This document shows, in pieces, positions 1 through 11,991 of a stretch of 64,000 bases of DNA. The position numbers and the translations under genes are program-made. How positions within the stretch are numbered: the first letter of the stretch is position 1; each line of letters begins with the position of its first letter. The notes under the pieces are model-generated. The model made no database searches, had not been told where the DNA came from, and saw nothing but the letters and a program-made list of their open reading frames with translations. The stretch covers positions 49,166,001-49,230,000 of the forward strand of contig NC_073385.1 of NCBI RefSeq assembly GCF_028641065.1, written 5' to 3'. The DNA comes from Leucoraja erinacea. Lineage: Eukaryota.

Positions 1-329
1 CTGCTTTAGGGTTGAATCTTACATTTAAATATGCACATCAAATCTTAACTTCTGTTTAGTTGTTTCAACGAGTTTACCAAGGCTAAAATATATCAAAAGA
101 GGATATTTGCTTCCTTAAGGGTCACAATTATAGGTTAGAAGCAGCTTTAATGTATAACATCCTGTCTCCATTAGCTGATGCTTCAGTATCAAACTTTAAT
201 GGATTTTAACTGATTGCTTCCTTAGAAGGGTCACAATTATAGTTCCCGGTGCAGAAGCATAGAGCTTTAATGTAAAATAACTTCCTGCGGAGTTTCCATT
301 AGCTGAGCGATTGTTCCAGTTTTCAGTAC

Positions 330-558
330 TTTTCACTTTACTTCCTTCTATAACTTCTTTTCTAATGGGCTTTCTTTTCCCAACACTCTTGCACTTCACG
401 ACTCTTGCGCACTTTCTTTACTTTCTTTACTTCTATCTTTTTCTTAAAGCTAAAAAAAAAATGAAGCGGTACAAAAAATGTATTAAGATATATGTTGTTG
501 TGTAGTATTGTAATTTACCATACTTCTAATAAATAAAATAAAATAAATAAATAAATTT
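330..558 (+). mobile_element. Putative LINE (L1-like) 3' UTR and A-rich tail
   Basis: Pyrimidine-rich tract followed by AATAAA and an (AAAT)n/A-rich tail at ~528-558, tail-to-tail with the Rex1 element. The family assignment is recalled resemblance only. Confidence 0.35.
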
Positions 559-559
559 A

Positions 560-3500
560 AAAAAAGTAAAATTAACATATCTAAAATATGCCTAAAAATT
601 GAAATAAAAACAGACATTCCGACCGAACAGTGGCTTTGCTTTGACAAGTGCCTAGCTGTCAAAGTATGGGCGAGGTTAGATGTGTTGGTGTATGGTATAT
701 GGGGAGGGGACACAGTCCGATAACAAGTCTTATTGCCTGTGGAAAGAAGCTGTGTAGCATCCTGCCGGTTTTGCAGCTGATGCTCCTGTACCTCTTCCCA
801 GATGGCAGAATGGAGCAGATGTGGTGTGATGGGTGATGGGGGGTCCTCAATAATGGAGATGGCTCTGCGGATGCTATGCTTCTGATAGATCTCCAACAGG
901 AAAGGGAGTGGAACACCAATGATCCTACTGGCTGTCTTCACTATCCTGTTAAGTTGTTTTTGTTCATAAACCTTGCAGCTCCCAAACCAGGAAGTGATGC
1001 CGTAGGTCAGTATGCTCTCGATGGTGCCCCTGCAGAAGGTCCTTAGGTGAACAGTAGGGAGACCTGCTTTTCTTAGTCTCCGGAGAGGGTGGAGCCGCTG
1101 CTGTGCTCTTTTGATGACTGCTGTGGTGTTGGTCGTTGAGGTCAGATCTTCCGCCAGGTGAAGTCCCAAGAACTTTACACTGCTGACCCTCTCCACAGCA
1201 GCACCATCAATATGCAGCGGTGTGTGATGGTGTTTTCCAGCCCTCCTGAAATCGATCACCATCTCCTTTGTCTTTTCCACGTTGAGGGTGAGATTGTGAG
1301 ATCTGCACCACTATGTAAGCAGCTCCACCTTCATCCTGTATGCCGACTCATTGTTGTCACTGATGAGACCCACCACTGTTGTGTCATCAGCGAACTTGTT
1401 GATATAATTATTGCTGAGTCTGGCAGTACAGTCATGAGTAAGCAGACTGAACAGCAGGGGGCTTAGGACACAGCCTTGGGGTGAACCAGTGCTCACTGTG
1501 ATGGTTCTTGATGTCCGACTGCCCACCCTGACTGTCTGCTGCCGCTGCGTCAGAAAATTGAGGACCCAGTTGCAAGTGCCAGTGTCCACCTTCAACAGCT
1601 TCAGCTTCTCCACCAGCTGCTGTGGGATGATTGTGTTAAAAGCAGAGCTGAAGTCTATGAAGAGGATCCTGGCATAGGTGTTCTATCGGTCGGGATGTGA
1701 TAGTACGAGGTTGAGTGCTGTAGAGACTGCGTCCTCTGTGGACTGGTTGGTTCTGTAAGTGAACTACAGTGGGTCCAGGTTGGCAGGGAGACAGTTTTTG
1801 ATGTGCTGCATGACTAGCCGTTCAAAACACTTCATTAATATGGGTGTGAGGGCAACTGAACGAAAGTCATTGAGACAGGCTGGGTTGGGTTTCTTTGGGA
1901 TGGGAACGATGATGGCACTTTTGTGACAGTTGGGCACTACTGCCTGGCTGAGTGAGATGTTAAAAGTGTCTGCAAAGACATCTTTTAGTTGCTCAGCGCA
2001 GTCCCTTAAAACCCGTCCAGGGATGTTGTCCAGTCCTGCAGCTTTGCGTGGATTGACGCTGGCAAAAGCCTTTTTAACTCCGGCTGTGGGCAGCCTGAGT
2101 GAGTGGTCACTAGGTGATGGCAGGAGTGCTTGTATCTGGGTGGTATTTTTAGCCTCAAAACGTGCGTAAAACTCGTTTAGTTCGTCTAGTAGAGAGGGGT
2201 CATTTTGGCATATCCGCAGCGGGGGGGGGGGGGAGAGAGGGGGGGGGGGGGGGCTTGTAATCAGTGATGGTATGAAATCCCTGCCACAAACGACGTGTGT
2301 CTGTCGTTTGTGAAGTGGCTGTTTAGTTTTTGTACATACCGCCTCTTCGCTGCCCTGATCCCCCGAGACAGGTTACTCTGTACCAGTTTGTATGCTGCAT
2401 TGTCCCCAGATTTGCATGCAGCACTCCGGACTCTCAGTAGAGAACAAACTTCCCCAGTTAGCCAAAGTTTCTGATTTGCACGCCTCTTGACGGTTTTAAC
2501 CACAGTCACATCATCAATGCATTTATTAATGTATCCGATGACGGATTCTGTATATTCTTGGAGGTCAGTGCCGCTGTCACATGTTGCTGCCTCTCTGAAA
2601 ATGGCCCACTGTGTGGTTTCAAAACAGTCTTGCAGTGCTGTGGTAGCTCCCTGTGGCCATATTCTGACCATTGGCCTGTTTTGTTTCACCCTAGGTCTGT
2701 ATGCAGGTGTGAGCATAACCGGCAGGTAATCAGAGATGCCGATATGGGGGAGGGGTGCTGCTCTATGTGAATCTTTGATGTTTCTAGTGTGTTCTTTCCC
2801 CTGGTTGCAATATTCACATGCTGGTAGAATTTAGGCAGAACAGATGTGAGGCTTGCCTGGTTGAAATCCCCAGCTGCCATGAAGAAAGCATCGGGATGTT
2901 CCCTCTGCTGCTCACTGATGTTGTTGTAGAGCTCTGTCATAGCGTCCTTCACGTCCACCCTCGGTGGTACATAGACGGCCGTTATGAAGACTTGCCGTCA
3001 GCTCCCTTGGTAAATAGAAGGGTCGGCATTTCACAGTCATTAGCTCTACGTGGGGTGAGCAGTACGTAGAAACCGCCACGGCATCCCGACACCACGATCT
3101 GTTGACGTACACAGCCAGACCGCCTCCCCTTGAGTTACCGGCTAGCGAAGCTACTCTGTCAGCTCTGTATAGCATTAGCCCATCCAGCTGGATCGCAGCG
3201 TCCGTGATGTTCTGGTTCAGCCAGGTCTCCGTAAGGGCGTAGACACAGCAGTTCGTCATGCTACGCTGAGAAGCTGTCCACACTCTGATGTAATCCATCT
3301 TGTTGTCGAGGGAGTGGACATTTGCCAACATGAGTGTAGGCACTGCTGGTTTGTGTGGATTAGCGATTAGCCTAGCGTAGACTCCCCCGCGCTTCCCACT
3401 GCTTCCGCATCCTGCTACACCGCTTACGATGATTCCTCACTAGTGTTGCTCCAGGTGCAGCCGTAGCTTTCCTTGGGCCTATACGGCGCAGAAGTCCCAG

Positions 3501-3693
3501 CTCACCCAGTACGCTCCGTAAGTGTTTGTCGTAACAAGAAACTTTGTTGTGAGTGCCCAACAGAAACTGTTGCACATACATACGCTCTCGTTTCACACAT
3601 TCTACAGTCACACCACTCGCTCCAATAACACACAAAAGCACTGAATTTTCACTGAGAGAGGCCGCTGCAAACAGCGGCCGTGCCGCCATCTTG
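560..3693 (-). mobile_element. Near full-length, frameshifted Rex1/Babar-clade LINE (APE endonuclease + reverse transcriptase)
   Basis: Collinear minus-strand ORF pieces: endonuclease (LANVHSLDNKMDY, LTETWL, GGGLAVYVN, AGDFNQA; 2686-3343), linker (LQDCFETTQW; 2261-2716), RT ([33 protein letters not shown]; 1311-1613) and C-terminus (KTKEMVIDFRR, KFLGLHL, HPSHH..LPSGKRYRS; 659-1280). The 5' end starts CAAGATGGCGGC. Confidence 0.92.
3682..3693 (-). promoter_or_regulatory. YY1-consensus motif at the 5' terminus of the Rex1 LINE
   Basis: Minus strand reads CAAGATGGCGGC, which matches the YY1 consensus. Binding is not demonstrated. Confidence 0.4.
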
Positions 3694-3804
3694 GAAAGGA
3701 ATTCAGAGTTAAAATATTAAGGGCAAGGAATCCAGAGAAAATATATTGGGGAAATTTCAGGCAAGTCAATGATCTGGCAATAATCTACACTGGCTGCTTG
3801 TAAC

Positions 3805-3950
3805 CTTTATCCTGTATATAACGTTTAGCCTGTATCTGTACACTGTGGACAGCTTGATTGTGATCATCTATGGTCTTTTCACTGACTGGATAGCACACAA
3901 CAAAAACTTTTCACAGTACCTTGGTGCACGTGACAATAATAACAAAACTA
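3805..3950 (+). mobile_element. 3' tail fragment of a second Rex1/Babar-like family
   Basis: TATCTGTACACTGTGGAC...ACTGACTGGATAGCAC...GTGACAATAA, the same tail that follows the Rex1-like ORF at 46531-46911. Confidence 0.7.
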
Positions 3951-4818
3951 AATTAGACTAGAGGTGATGGGAGCTTTTGAAAAGGAACTGGATAGGCACT
4001 TGAGAGAAGTGCCGCACAATGGATTGTTTTACAGGGTACTAGCATGGGCTCAATGGGCCGACTGGTCTCTTTCTATGGCGTAGTAATGCTATGATTTGGA
4101 GATGTCAATGTTGTTTTGAAATTGAAAACTCCGAGAAAAGTTCATTTGATTGTGAGGCTCTGAATTTGGATTCTAGTAACTACTTTCAACCGCGAGGAAG
4201 TGTATTGTTCAAAACCAATTTATGAGTCAGGATTTAAACCAGAGCTCAATTTTGAATGTTATATTCTTGCTCTTTTTTATATTGATCTCAGTAGAAGTTG
4301 GCGATGCATAAAGGGAGGAGACACACCTTTCAACAGAAGAACATTGTTTTTCGGTGGTATTCCAGGGGTGAAAGTATCTTATATTTCCTACCTGTATGGT
4401 CACATAGACACAGAGCACTGGCTGCTTTCTTAATAATATGCTACGTCACATACACCTCTGTTACAGTTGCAGATGGGTTCCACTGTTTCTCTTGGAAGAC
4501 TTCCCCTTTTTGGGTTTGATGGTGAAAAACAGATCAATGTATTCTCCTGGCTGCTATTTATCCAACTGTATCAAAACACCTGGTGGAGAGAACATTCGTG
4601 CTTTTAGGGAACAGTCTCCTATAGTTCGAGAATATAGAATCATACTGCACAGAAACTATCCCATCGGCCCAATTTGTCCTTGCTGACCAAGATACTCCAT
4701 CTAAGCTAGTTCCATTTGCCTGTGTTTGGCCATATTCATCTAAACATTTTCTATCCATGTCTTTCAAAATGCTGTTATAGTATCTGCCTCAACTATTTCC
4801 TCTGGCAGGCGGTAAATA

Positions 4819-6438
4819 AAGTGCTCTCCAAAAGACCCAACATTTATTTAATTGCCTCTGCACTCCACCATTTGAGATTTGTAATAGAAAAAATCACATG
4901 TGGTTAAAGTGCACATTGTCAGATTACATTAAAGGGTGTTTATATACATTTTGGTTTCACCATGTACAAATTACAGCTGTGTTTATACATAGTCCCTCCA
5001 TTTTAGGGCACGATAATGTTCGGGACACATGGCTTCACAGGTGTTTGTAATTGCTCAGGTGTGTTTAAATGCCTCCCTAATACAGGTATAAGAGAGCTCT
5101 CAGCATCTAGCCTTTCCTCCAGTCATCCCATCACATTTGGAAACCTTTATTCCTGTTTATCAAGAGGATCAAAGATGTGTCAATGAAAATCAAAGAAGCC
5201 ACTATGAGACTGAGAAACAAGAATAAAACTGTTAGAGATATCAACCAAACCTCAGGCTTACCAAAATCAACTGTTTAGAACATAATTAAGAAGAAAGAGA
5301 GCACTGGTGAGCTTACTAATCGTAAATGGACTGGCAGGCCAAGGAAGACCTCCACAGCTGATGAGATAAGAAGTCTCTCTATAATAAACAAAAAAATCCC
5401 CAAACACCTGTCCGACAGATCAGAAACATTCTTCAGGAGTCAGGTGTGGATTTGTCAATGACCACTGTCCACAGAAGACTTCATGAACAGAAATACAGAG
5501 GCTACACTGCAAGATGCAAACCACTGGTTAGCCGCAAAAATAGGATGGCTACGTTACAGTTTGCCAAGATGTACTTAAAATAGCAACCACACTCCTGGAA
5601 AAAGGTCTTGTGGACAGATGAGATGAAGATTAACATATCAGAGTGATGGCAAGAGCAAAGTATGGAGGAGAGAAGGAACTGCCCAAGATCCAAAGCATAC
5701 CACCTCATCTGTGAAACACAGTGGTGGGGGTGTTATGACCTGGGCATGTATGGCTGCTGAAGGTACTGGCTCACTTATCTTCATTGATGATACAACTGCT
5801 GATGGTAGTAGCATAATGAATTCTGGTGTATAGACACATCCTATCTGCTCAAGTTCAAACAAATGCCTCAAAACCCATTAGCCGGCGGTTCATTCTACAG
5901 CAAGCCAATGAACCCAAACATACTGCTAAAGCAACAAAGCTACAACATTGTCAATTTTTTAGTGGCCAAGTCAATCACCTGATCTGAACCCAATTGAGCA
6001 TGCCTTTTATATGCTGATGAGAAAACTGAAGGGGATTAGCTCCCAAAACAAGCATAAGCTAAAGACGGCTGCAATACAGGCCTACAGAGCATCACCAGAG
6101 AAGACACCCAGCAACTGGTGATGCCCATGAATCACAGACTTCCAGCAGTCATTGCATGCAAAGGATATACAACAAAATACTAAACATGACTACTTTCATT
6201 TACATGACATTGCTGTGTCCCAAACATTATGGTGCCCTGGAATGGGGAGACTATGTATAAACACTGCTGTGATTTCTACATGGTGAAACCAAAAGGTATA
6301 AAAATGGCCTTTATTAAAATCTGACAATGTGCACTTTAACCACATGTGATTTTTTTCTATTACAAATCTCAAATTGTGGAGTACAGAGGCAAATAAATAA
6401 ATGATGGATCTTTGTCCCAAACATTATGCAGGGCACTG
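4819..6438 (+). mobile_element. Decayed full-length Tc1-family DNA transposon with ~210 bp IR/DR terminal inverted repeats
   Basis: Flanked by TA (4817-18, 6439-40). Right end is TGTCCCAAACATTATGCAGGGCACTG; 4819-5027 is an inverted copy of ~6216-6438, with inner direct repeats. Transposase remnants at ~5160-6183: GRPRKTS, WKKVLWTDEMKIN, VKHSGGGVMTWACMAA, LQQANEPKH, WPSQSPDLNPIEH, with stops and frameshifts. Confidence 0.92.
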
Positions 6439-7422
6439 TATAATGAAAAAGGTGGCATGGTGATGCACATGATAAATCTCTGCCTCACAGTGCTGGAGAC
6501 CTGGGTTTGATCCTGACCACGGAGCAGCCTCACCCGGCCACTCTCTCTTCCTCCCCTCACCCAAAAAGCCACGTTATAGTCACAAACCAGTACCAGTATC
6601 AATAACGGTGGAATATTCTTGGCGTTAATAAAAACAATTAAAGTTTTATCCACCCAGAACATTTGTGTGCTTCAAAATTTGAAAGAGGTAAATCACAGAG
6701 GTGATAAACAACTTTAATACAAAATGACTCAGGGGCATAATTTCTTTGAGTCTCAAATTGTTTTGACACCTCAAATGACTGTTCAGTGCAGAAATCAATT
6801 TGATAATCTTTTTGTTGGACACACATTTTACAGCCATCTCCCTGGAGAAGACATGACTTTCAGGAGGAGTCATGAGTGCAGATCTTCACAGAATCAATGT
6901 GCCTAATTCAAAGAGTTACAGAACTCAGCAAACCACTCAAGATAAGTGTGGGATAAACACGGCACCCAGCAAATGGGATGAAGAAGGAAATCAGAACTGT
7001 GGATAGAACTTGGACAATTTTGAGCTTTCTCGAAGGCAGTTACAATAGTGGTGTTTGAGAGGCTTTTAGATAGGCACATGGAAGTGCAGGGAATAGAGGG
7101 ATCAGGCAGATGACAATAGACAAAAGATGCAGGAGTAGGCTATTTGGCCCTTCGAGCCAGCACCACCATTCAATGTGATCATGGCTGATCATCCCCAATC
7201 AGTACCCCGTTCCTGCTTTCACCCCACATCCCCTGACTCCGCTATCTTTAAGAGCCCTATCTAGCTCTCTTTTGAAAGTATCCAGAGAACCGCCTCCACC
7301 GCCCTCAGCCTCACAACTCTCTGTGAGAAAGTGTGTTTCCTCCTCTCCGTTCTAAATGGCTTACCCCTTATTCTGAAACTGTGGCCCCTGGTTCTGGACT
7401 CCCCCAACATCGGGAACATGTT

Positions 7423-7801
7423 GTTCAAGAAGGAACTGCAGATGCTGGAAGATCGAAGGTACACAAAATTCCTGGAGAAATTCAGCGGGTGCAGCAGCAT
7501 CTATGGAGCGAAGGAAATAGGCGACGTTTCGGGCCGAAACCCTTCTTCAGACTGATGGGGGGTGGGGGGGGGGGGGGAGAAGGAAGGAAAAGGGGAGGTG
7601 GAGGAGCCCGAGGACGGGCGGATAGGAGGGTGGGAGGAGACAGCTAGAGGGTTAAGGAAGGGGAGGAGACAGCAAGGGCTAGCAAAATTGGGAGAATTCA
7701 ATGTTAATGCCATCCGGACCCAAGGTCCCCAGGCGGAATATGAGATGCTGTTCCTCCAATTTCCGCTGTTGCTCACTCTGGCAATGGAGGAGACCCAGGA
7801 C
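7423..7801 (-). mobile_element. 5'-truncated Penelope-like element (GIY-YIG C-terminus + 3' repeat with hammerhead-like motif)
   Basis: Minus strand encodes KLEEQHLIFRLGTLGPDGINIEFSQFC, matching the end of the 30752-31492 ORF. 13-bp TSD TCGGGAACATGTT at 7410-7422 and 7802-7814. Confidence 0.88.
7521..7552 (-). ncRNA. Minimal type I hammerhead ribozyme-like motif within a PLE
   Basis: Minus strand GU-CUGAAGA-A-GGGU(UUCG)GCCC-GAAA-C-GUC-GC: CUGANGA and GAAA cores, a stem II capped by UUCG and a GUC triplet. Stem I is only ~2 bp, so activity is uncertain. Confidence 0.6.
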
Positions 7802-8384
7802 TCGGGAACATGTTTCCTGCCTCTAGCGTGTCCAACCCCTTAATAATCTTATATGTTTCAATAAGATCTCCTCTTATCCTTCTAAACTCCAGCCCAGCCG
7901 CTCCATTCTCTCAGCATATGTCTGTCCCGCCATGATGAGATCAGTTCAGTTAGGCATCATGTTCGGCACAAACATTGTGGGCCAAAGGGCCTGTTCCTGT
8001 GTCGAACTATGCTCTTCAGCCACAGACAGCATTTGACTGTAGCCTGGATATAAACGCTGGCTCACAATTTTAAAACAAATATTGCCTGGGGCAAGGAAAG
8101 GAACATGGAGACACTGGAATCCACAGCATACTGAGTTGACTCTAATTGGCTGAAGCAAGAGAAATGCATCTCAATGGATGATGCAACAACAGCAGTAAAG
8201 AACATTAACTTCACTCTGATGCGACTGGAATTGGAGAAAGAAGCACTATTGTTTCATTATTTTTCTTACTGTGTCACTTTACAGTCAAAATGAAAAACAG
8301 TTTAGATTCATTAACTCTGAATGTCACATGAAACTACCTGCACAAGACCAATTAGTTTGTGTCTTTGGAAACATATTTTGAAGA

Positions 8385-8790
8385 TAGAACATAGAACATA
8401 AAATAGTACAGTACACAAACAGGCCCTATCAGCCCATAATATTTATGCTGACCATGATGCCAATCTAAACCAATCCCATCTGACTGCACAATGTCCAAGT
8501 CCCTCCAGTCCCTGACTGTACGTGTCTGCCTAATTGGTTCTTGAACATTGGTATCGTAATTGCATATATCACTCCCCCGACAGGACATTCCAGGCACCTA
8601 CCAACTCCTGTATAAAATATCCTAAAGCTCCTTTAAATTTCCCCCCTCTCATCCTATACTCTCTAGTATTTGATATTTCCACCCAAAGAAGATGATTCTG
8701 ACCATCTGTCCTACCTATGCCTCTCATAATTGTACATCCATCATTCAGATCACTCCTCCACCACCTACTCTCCAGCAAAGACAATCTAAA
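8385..8790 (-). mobile_element. Old CR1-clade LINE 3' fragment
   Basis: (ATAGAAC)n tail, ACAAACAGGCCC and degenerate translation IMRGIGRTDGQN..SNTREYRMRGGKFKG. Confidence 0.6.
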
Positions 8791-11406
8791 TTTTACTTCA
8801 TAAAGGATAATAAAGAATTTGCTTTCCAAAACAAATAGCGCTGTCACATGAAGTAATGCATAATTGTTCCTTGTCTGGCATTTTTTTTACTTGATTGCAT
8901 CTTTTAAATCGGCTGCCAGCAAGAGAAGTCTAATAACAAAAACACATGCAGTGAAATTGGACAACTCTGAGAGTCAAGTGGTGAATGGAATCTAGATCCG
9001 GCAATTGTTATTGATTTGCAGATGTTTAAAAGACTGAGGTATTGCATCTTCAAAATACACACCACGATTCGATATTTCCCATATATATATATATATATAT
9101 GATATATAATAAAGCTTAATGTTTTACATGGTGGTGATTGGAATACATCTAATGCATAATCGATATTGCATTACCAAAGAAGAAAATGTTTTTTTCTGAA
9201 GGTATATCTGGGAATAATCCTTTATTCTGGACTGAACCTGCTTTGTCAGTACCTTATAGGATGGTTGACAACTTGCTTCGATTGTGTTTTTTTTTCATGT
9301 GTTCTCAGATGACTGAGAACTCCCCCCCCCCCTCTGCCCCCGGAAGTGTCCCCAAATGTGTGGCGCCTAGACCGGGTGAGGCAGCCAATCTTGACCTCAT
9401 TGGGGCTTCCACACTGACCGGGGCTCTGGAACTCCAGCCCATCTGGAGCCGGCAGATCCGTTCCCATAGCCGACTACCGATGCCGACTTTGCAGACCAGT
9501 GTCTCGGCTCCTTGGTGGTCTAGGTGGCTGTTCCATTACTATTGGACTCCTCTCGGAAGCGTGACCTCTGTTGGCCTGGCAAAACGGACAATCCAGAAAT
9601 GCTTTGGAAACAAAGGTCTTGGAAAATCTGTAGTGGAGCTGTAATGGCAATTACCTTAAAATTAACATCACCCAAACTTGCTGGGAGTGGCGTTTTAATT
9701 ATGGTGGACAACTAACTTAGTTGCTAGATGAGGAAGGAGATGCAGCTGACAAAGGAATATCACTAGGCTGATCCAGGTGAACGTTGGCATTGGCGGAAGG
9801 TCCGGTGTGTTCGATCTTCGAGAAGCTGTGTGAGTGAAAGAGAGGGGGAGACCACATGGGAACAACCACGAGATCAGATGACTAGCTTGCGGAATGGCTA
9901 CATGCAACGATAATAGAGTACTGTGTTGTAAATTTTCGCACAACTTGGAAACTCAGCAGTGTGCTTAAAGGATTGTTGTCACAAGTGCGAGTTTATGCAA
10001 GTCGCATATTGTGTAAGGTGGGGTGCGTCTGCCGAGCCAACGTGGCAACTGCCGGATCTTCTGCCCATGGACCAGGTGGTGCCTGATGGTGAAGGTGGTG
10101 GATGGTTTGCAGGGCGTTCTCCTTTCTCTGCCCTTTAAACTGCGTCTCCGTGCGCATCTGTCATGTGGGACCAAGGTTTTCAGTACACTTATGAACGCTC
10201 CTGCAGGTCACGGGCCTGAGTTTCCTAGAAATCAGTGCGGAGGTTTCGATATTTCCAGGAAGGTTTGTGGATGTGTGTATTCCTACACAGAAACATTCAC
10301 ACCCAGACATTCTCTCGCACTTCAGGTGGAATTATTGCTTTCTTGTGGGAAGAATGTAGATTCAATTCCACTCCAAACACATAACACTAGCTCTGCATTC
10401 ACTACGTTAAAACATATATATACAATGAACCCCTTTGGCCCCCTCAAGTAGCAGTAAAATATTCCACTAGACTATTTTAAACAAGATAAAGACATTCTAT
10501 CTAATATTCATTCTTCATAAACAGACAACGGTTTTTCAACTTGAATGCTTCTCATCGTGACCTGCTCAATGTTTTCGGTATTTTCTGATTAAGGCCAGGG
10601 GCCGGCAACTCTCACGGATTGTGCGTGAGACTCACGCATTTGACAAAATTCTCACGCTCTCACGCTGATGACACAAGTTCTGACGGTCAAAAATAGATTT
10701 TAAAATATAAATAAATAAATATAGTCACTCCTCCACACTCATCAATGAGAACAGTTTTCTGTCGGCAGGTTCCCCGTAAAGAACGAGCAATTTAATTGGC
10801 TTAAGCCCATCGTACACTATTTAAAATGGCAATGTAGACAACAAGGAGAGAAACTCAGCGGGTGAGGGAGCATCTATGTCTGACTTTGACCCTTCTTCAG
10901 ACTCTAGCATTTCTCCAGCATTTTTGTCTACCGCTCTATAGATGCTGCCTCACCCGCGCTCACATTCCCGTGCAGATGGTGTGATAGGTGAGAGAAGGCG
11001 GTGGTCCCAGCACCGCGACCTCCCCCACCCCCCCGGAGGTACCGCTCACACCTCCCACCCTCACCTCCAGCGGCTCTGTATCGGTCGGCCGCTCTGTCCA
11101 TACCGCATGGAGTTTTAACCCCGGCCTGGAGCCCGCAATGGACCGGGTGAGTGGGGGTGTCGGTGCCGCCTCTGGAGCCGCGGGGATGAATCACGGTCTA
11201 AGGCTCTGCTCCAATGCCCGACCCCCAGTCCCTCACCTCCCCCGGACCCCTGGATCACTGACCCTCACCTCCCCCAGACCCCAGCTGGACACAGAGCACC
11301 TGGGCCGGCCCGCATTCCCAGGGAGGGGGGGAGAGAGGGAAATGCTCCCTCACCCTTGGACATTGCCAAGTCTCCGCTCATTCCGGGTGTTGTCGCCACT
11401 TCACTG

Positions 11407-11487
11407 ACACACACTCTCACACACACCCTTACACACACCCTTACACACACTCTCACACACACCCTTACACACACACTGGCACACACA
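11407..11487. repeat. CA-rich 12-bp microsatellite (ACACACACCCTT/ACACACACTCTC)n
   Basis: Direct reading; it explains the CVRVCVRV ORF. Confidence 0.9.
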
Positions 11488-11719
11488 AGGTTTAAAGGGA
11501 TATGGGCCAAATCCAGATAAATGGGGCTAGTTTAGATGGGGCATCTTGATCTGTATGGACAAGTTGGGATGAAAGGCCTGTTTCCATGCTGTAAGACTAT
11601 GACACTGTAGAAAGGATGCAATTGCTCTGGAGAGGATCCAGGGGCGATTTATGAACATGTTGGCAGGGCCGGAATTTTTTTTTTAAACTTGTGAATAAAG
11701 AATAAAAAATAATTTAATG

Positions 11720-11991
11720 GGGCGGCACGGTGGCGCAGCGGTAGAATTGCTGCCTTGCAGCACCACAGACCCAGATTTGATCCTGACTACGGGTGCTGTC
11801 TATACAGTATTTGTACATTCTCCTTATGACCACATGGTTTTCTCTGGATATTCTGGTTTCTCCCACATCCAAAAGAAGTGCAGGTTTGTAGGTAATTGGC
11901 TTCTGTAAATTGTTCCTGGCGTGTAGGATACAACTGGTGTATGGTAGATTGCTGGTCGGTGTGGACTTGGTGGGCCGAAGGGCCTGTTTCC
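11720..11991 (+). mobile_element. tRNA-derived V-SINE (HE1-like), full length
   Basis: A box GGTGGCGCAGCGGTAG, degenerate B box GATTTGATCC, V-core GTTTTCTCTGG..CTGGTTTCTCCCACATCCAAA and CR1-type tail GGGCCGAAGGGCCTGTTTCC. Confidence 0.88.

Larger units (their letters stand above)
7115..7930 (-). mobile_element. CR1-clade LINE 3' fragment interrupted by a Penelope-like insert
   Basis: Translation FPMLGESRTRGHSFRIRGKPFRTE; the tail motif GGAGTAGGC..TT.GGCCCTTCGAGCC matches the other CR1 copies in the window. Confidence 0.85.

Noticed and set aside
4456-4579. Exon-like segment on the minus strand (ccaccag|..|gt)
   Set aside because: All three frames contain stops soon after the acceptor, the donor is weak, and there is no transcript evidence.
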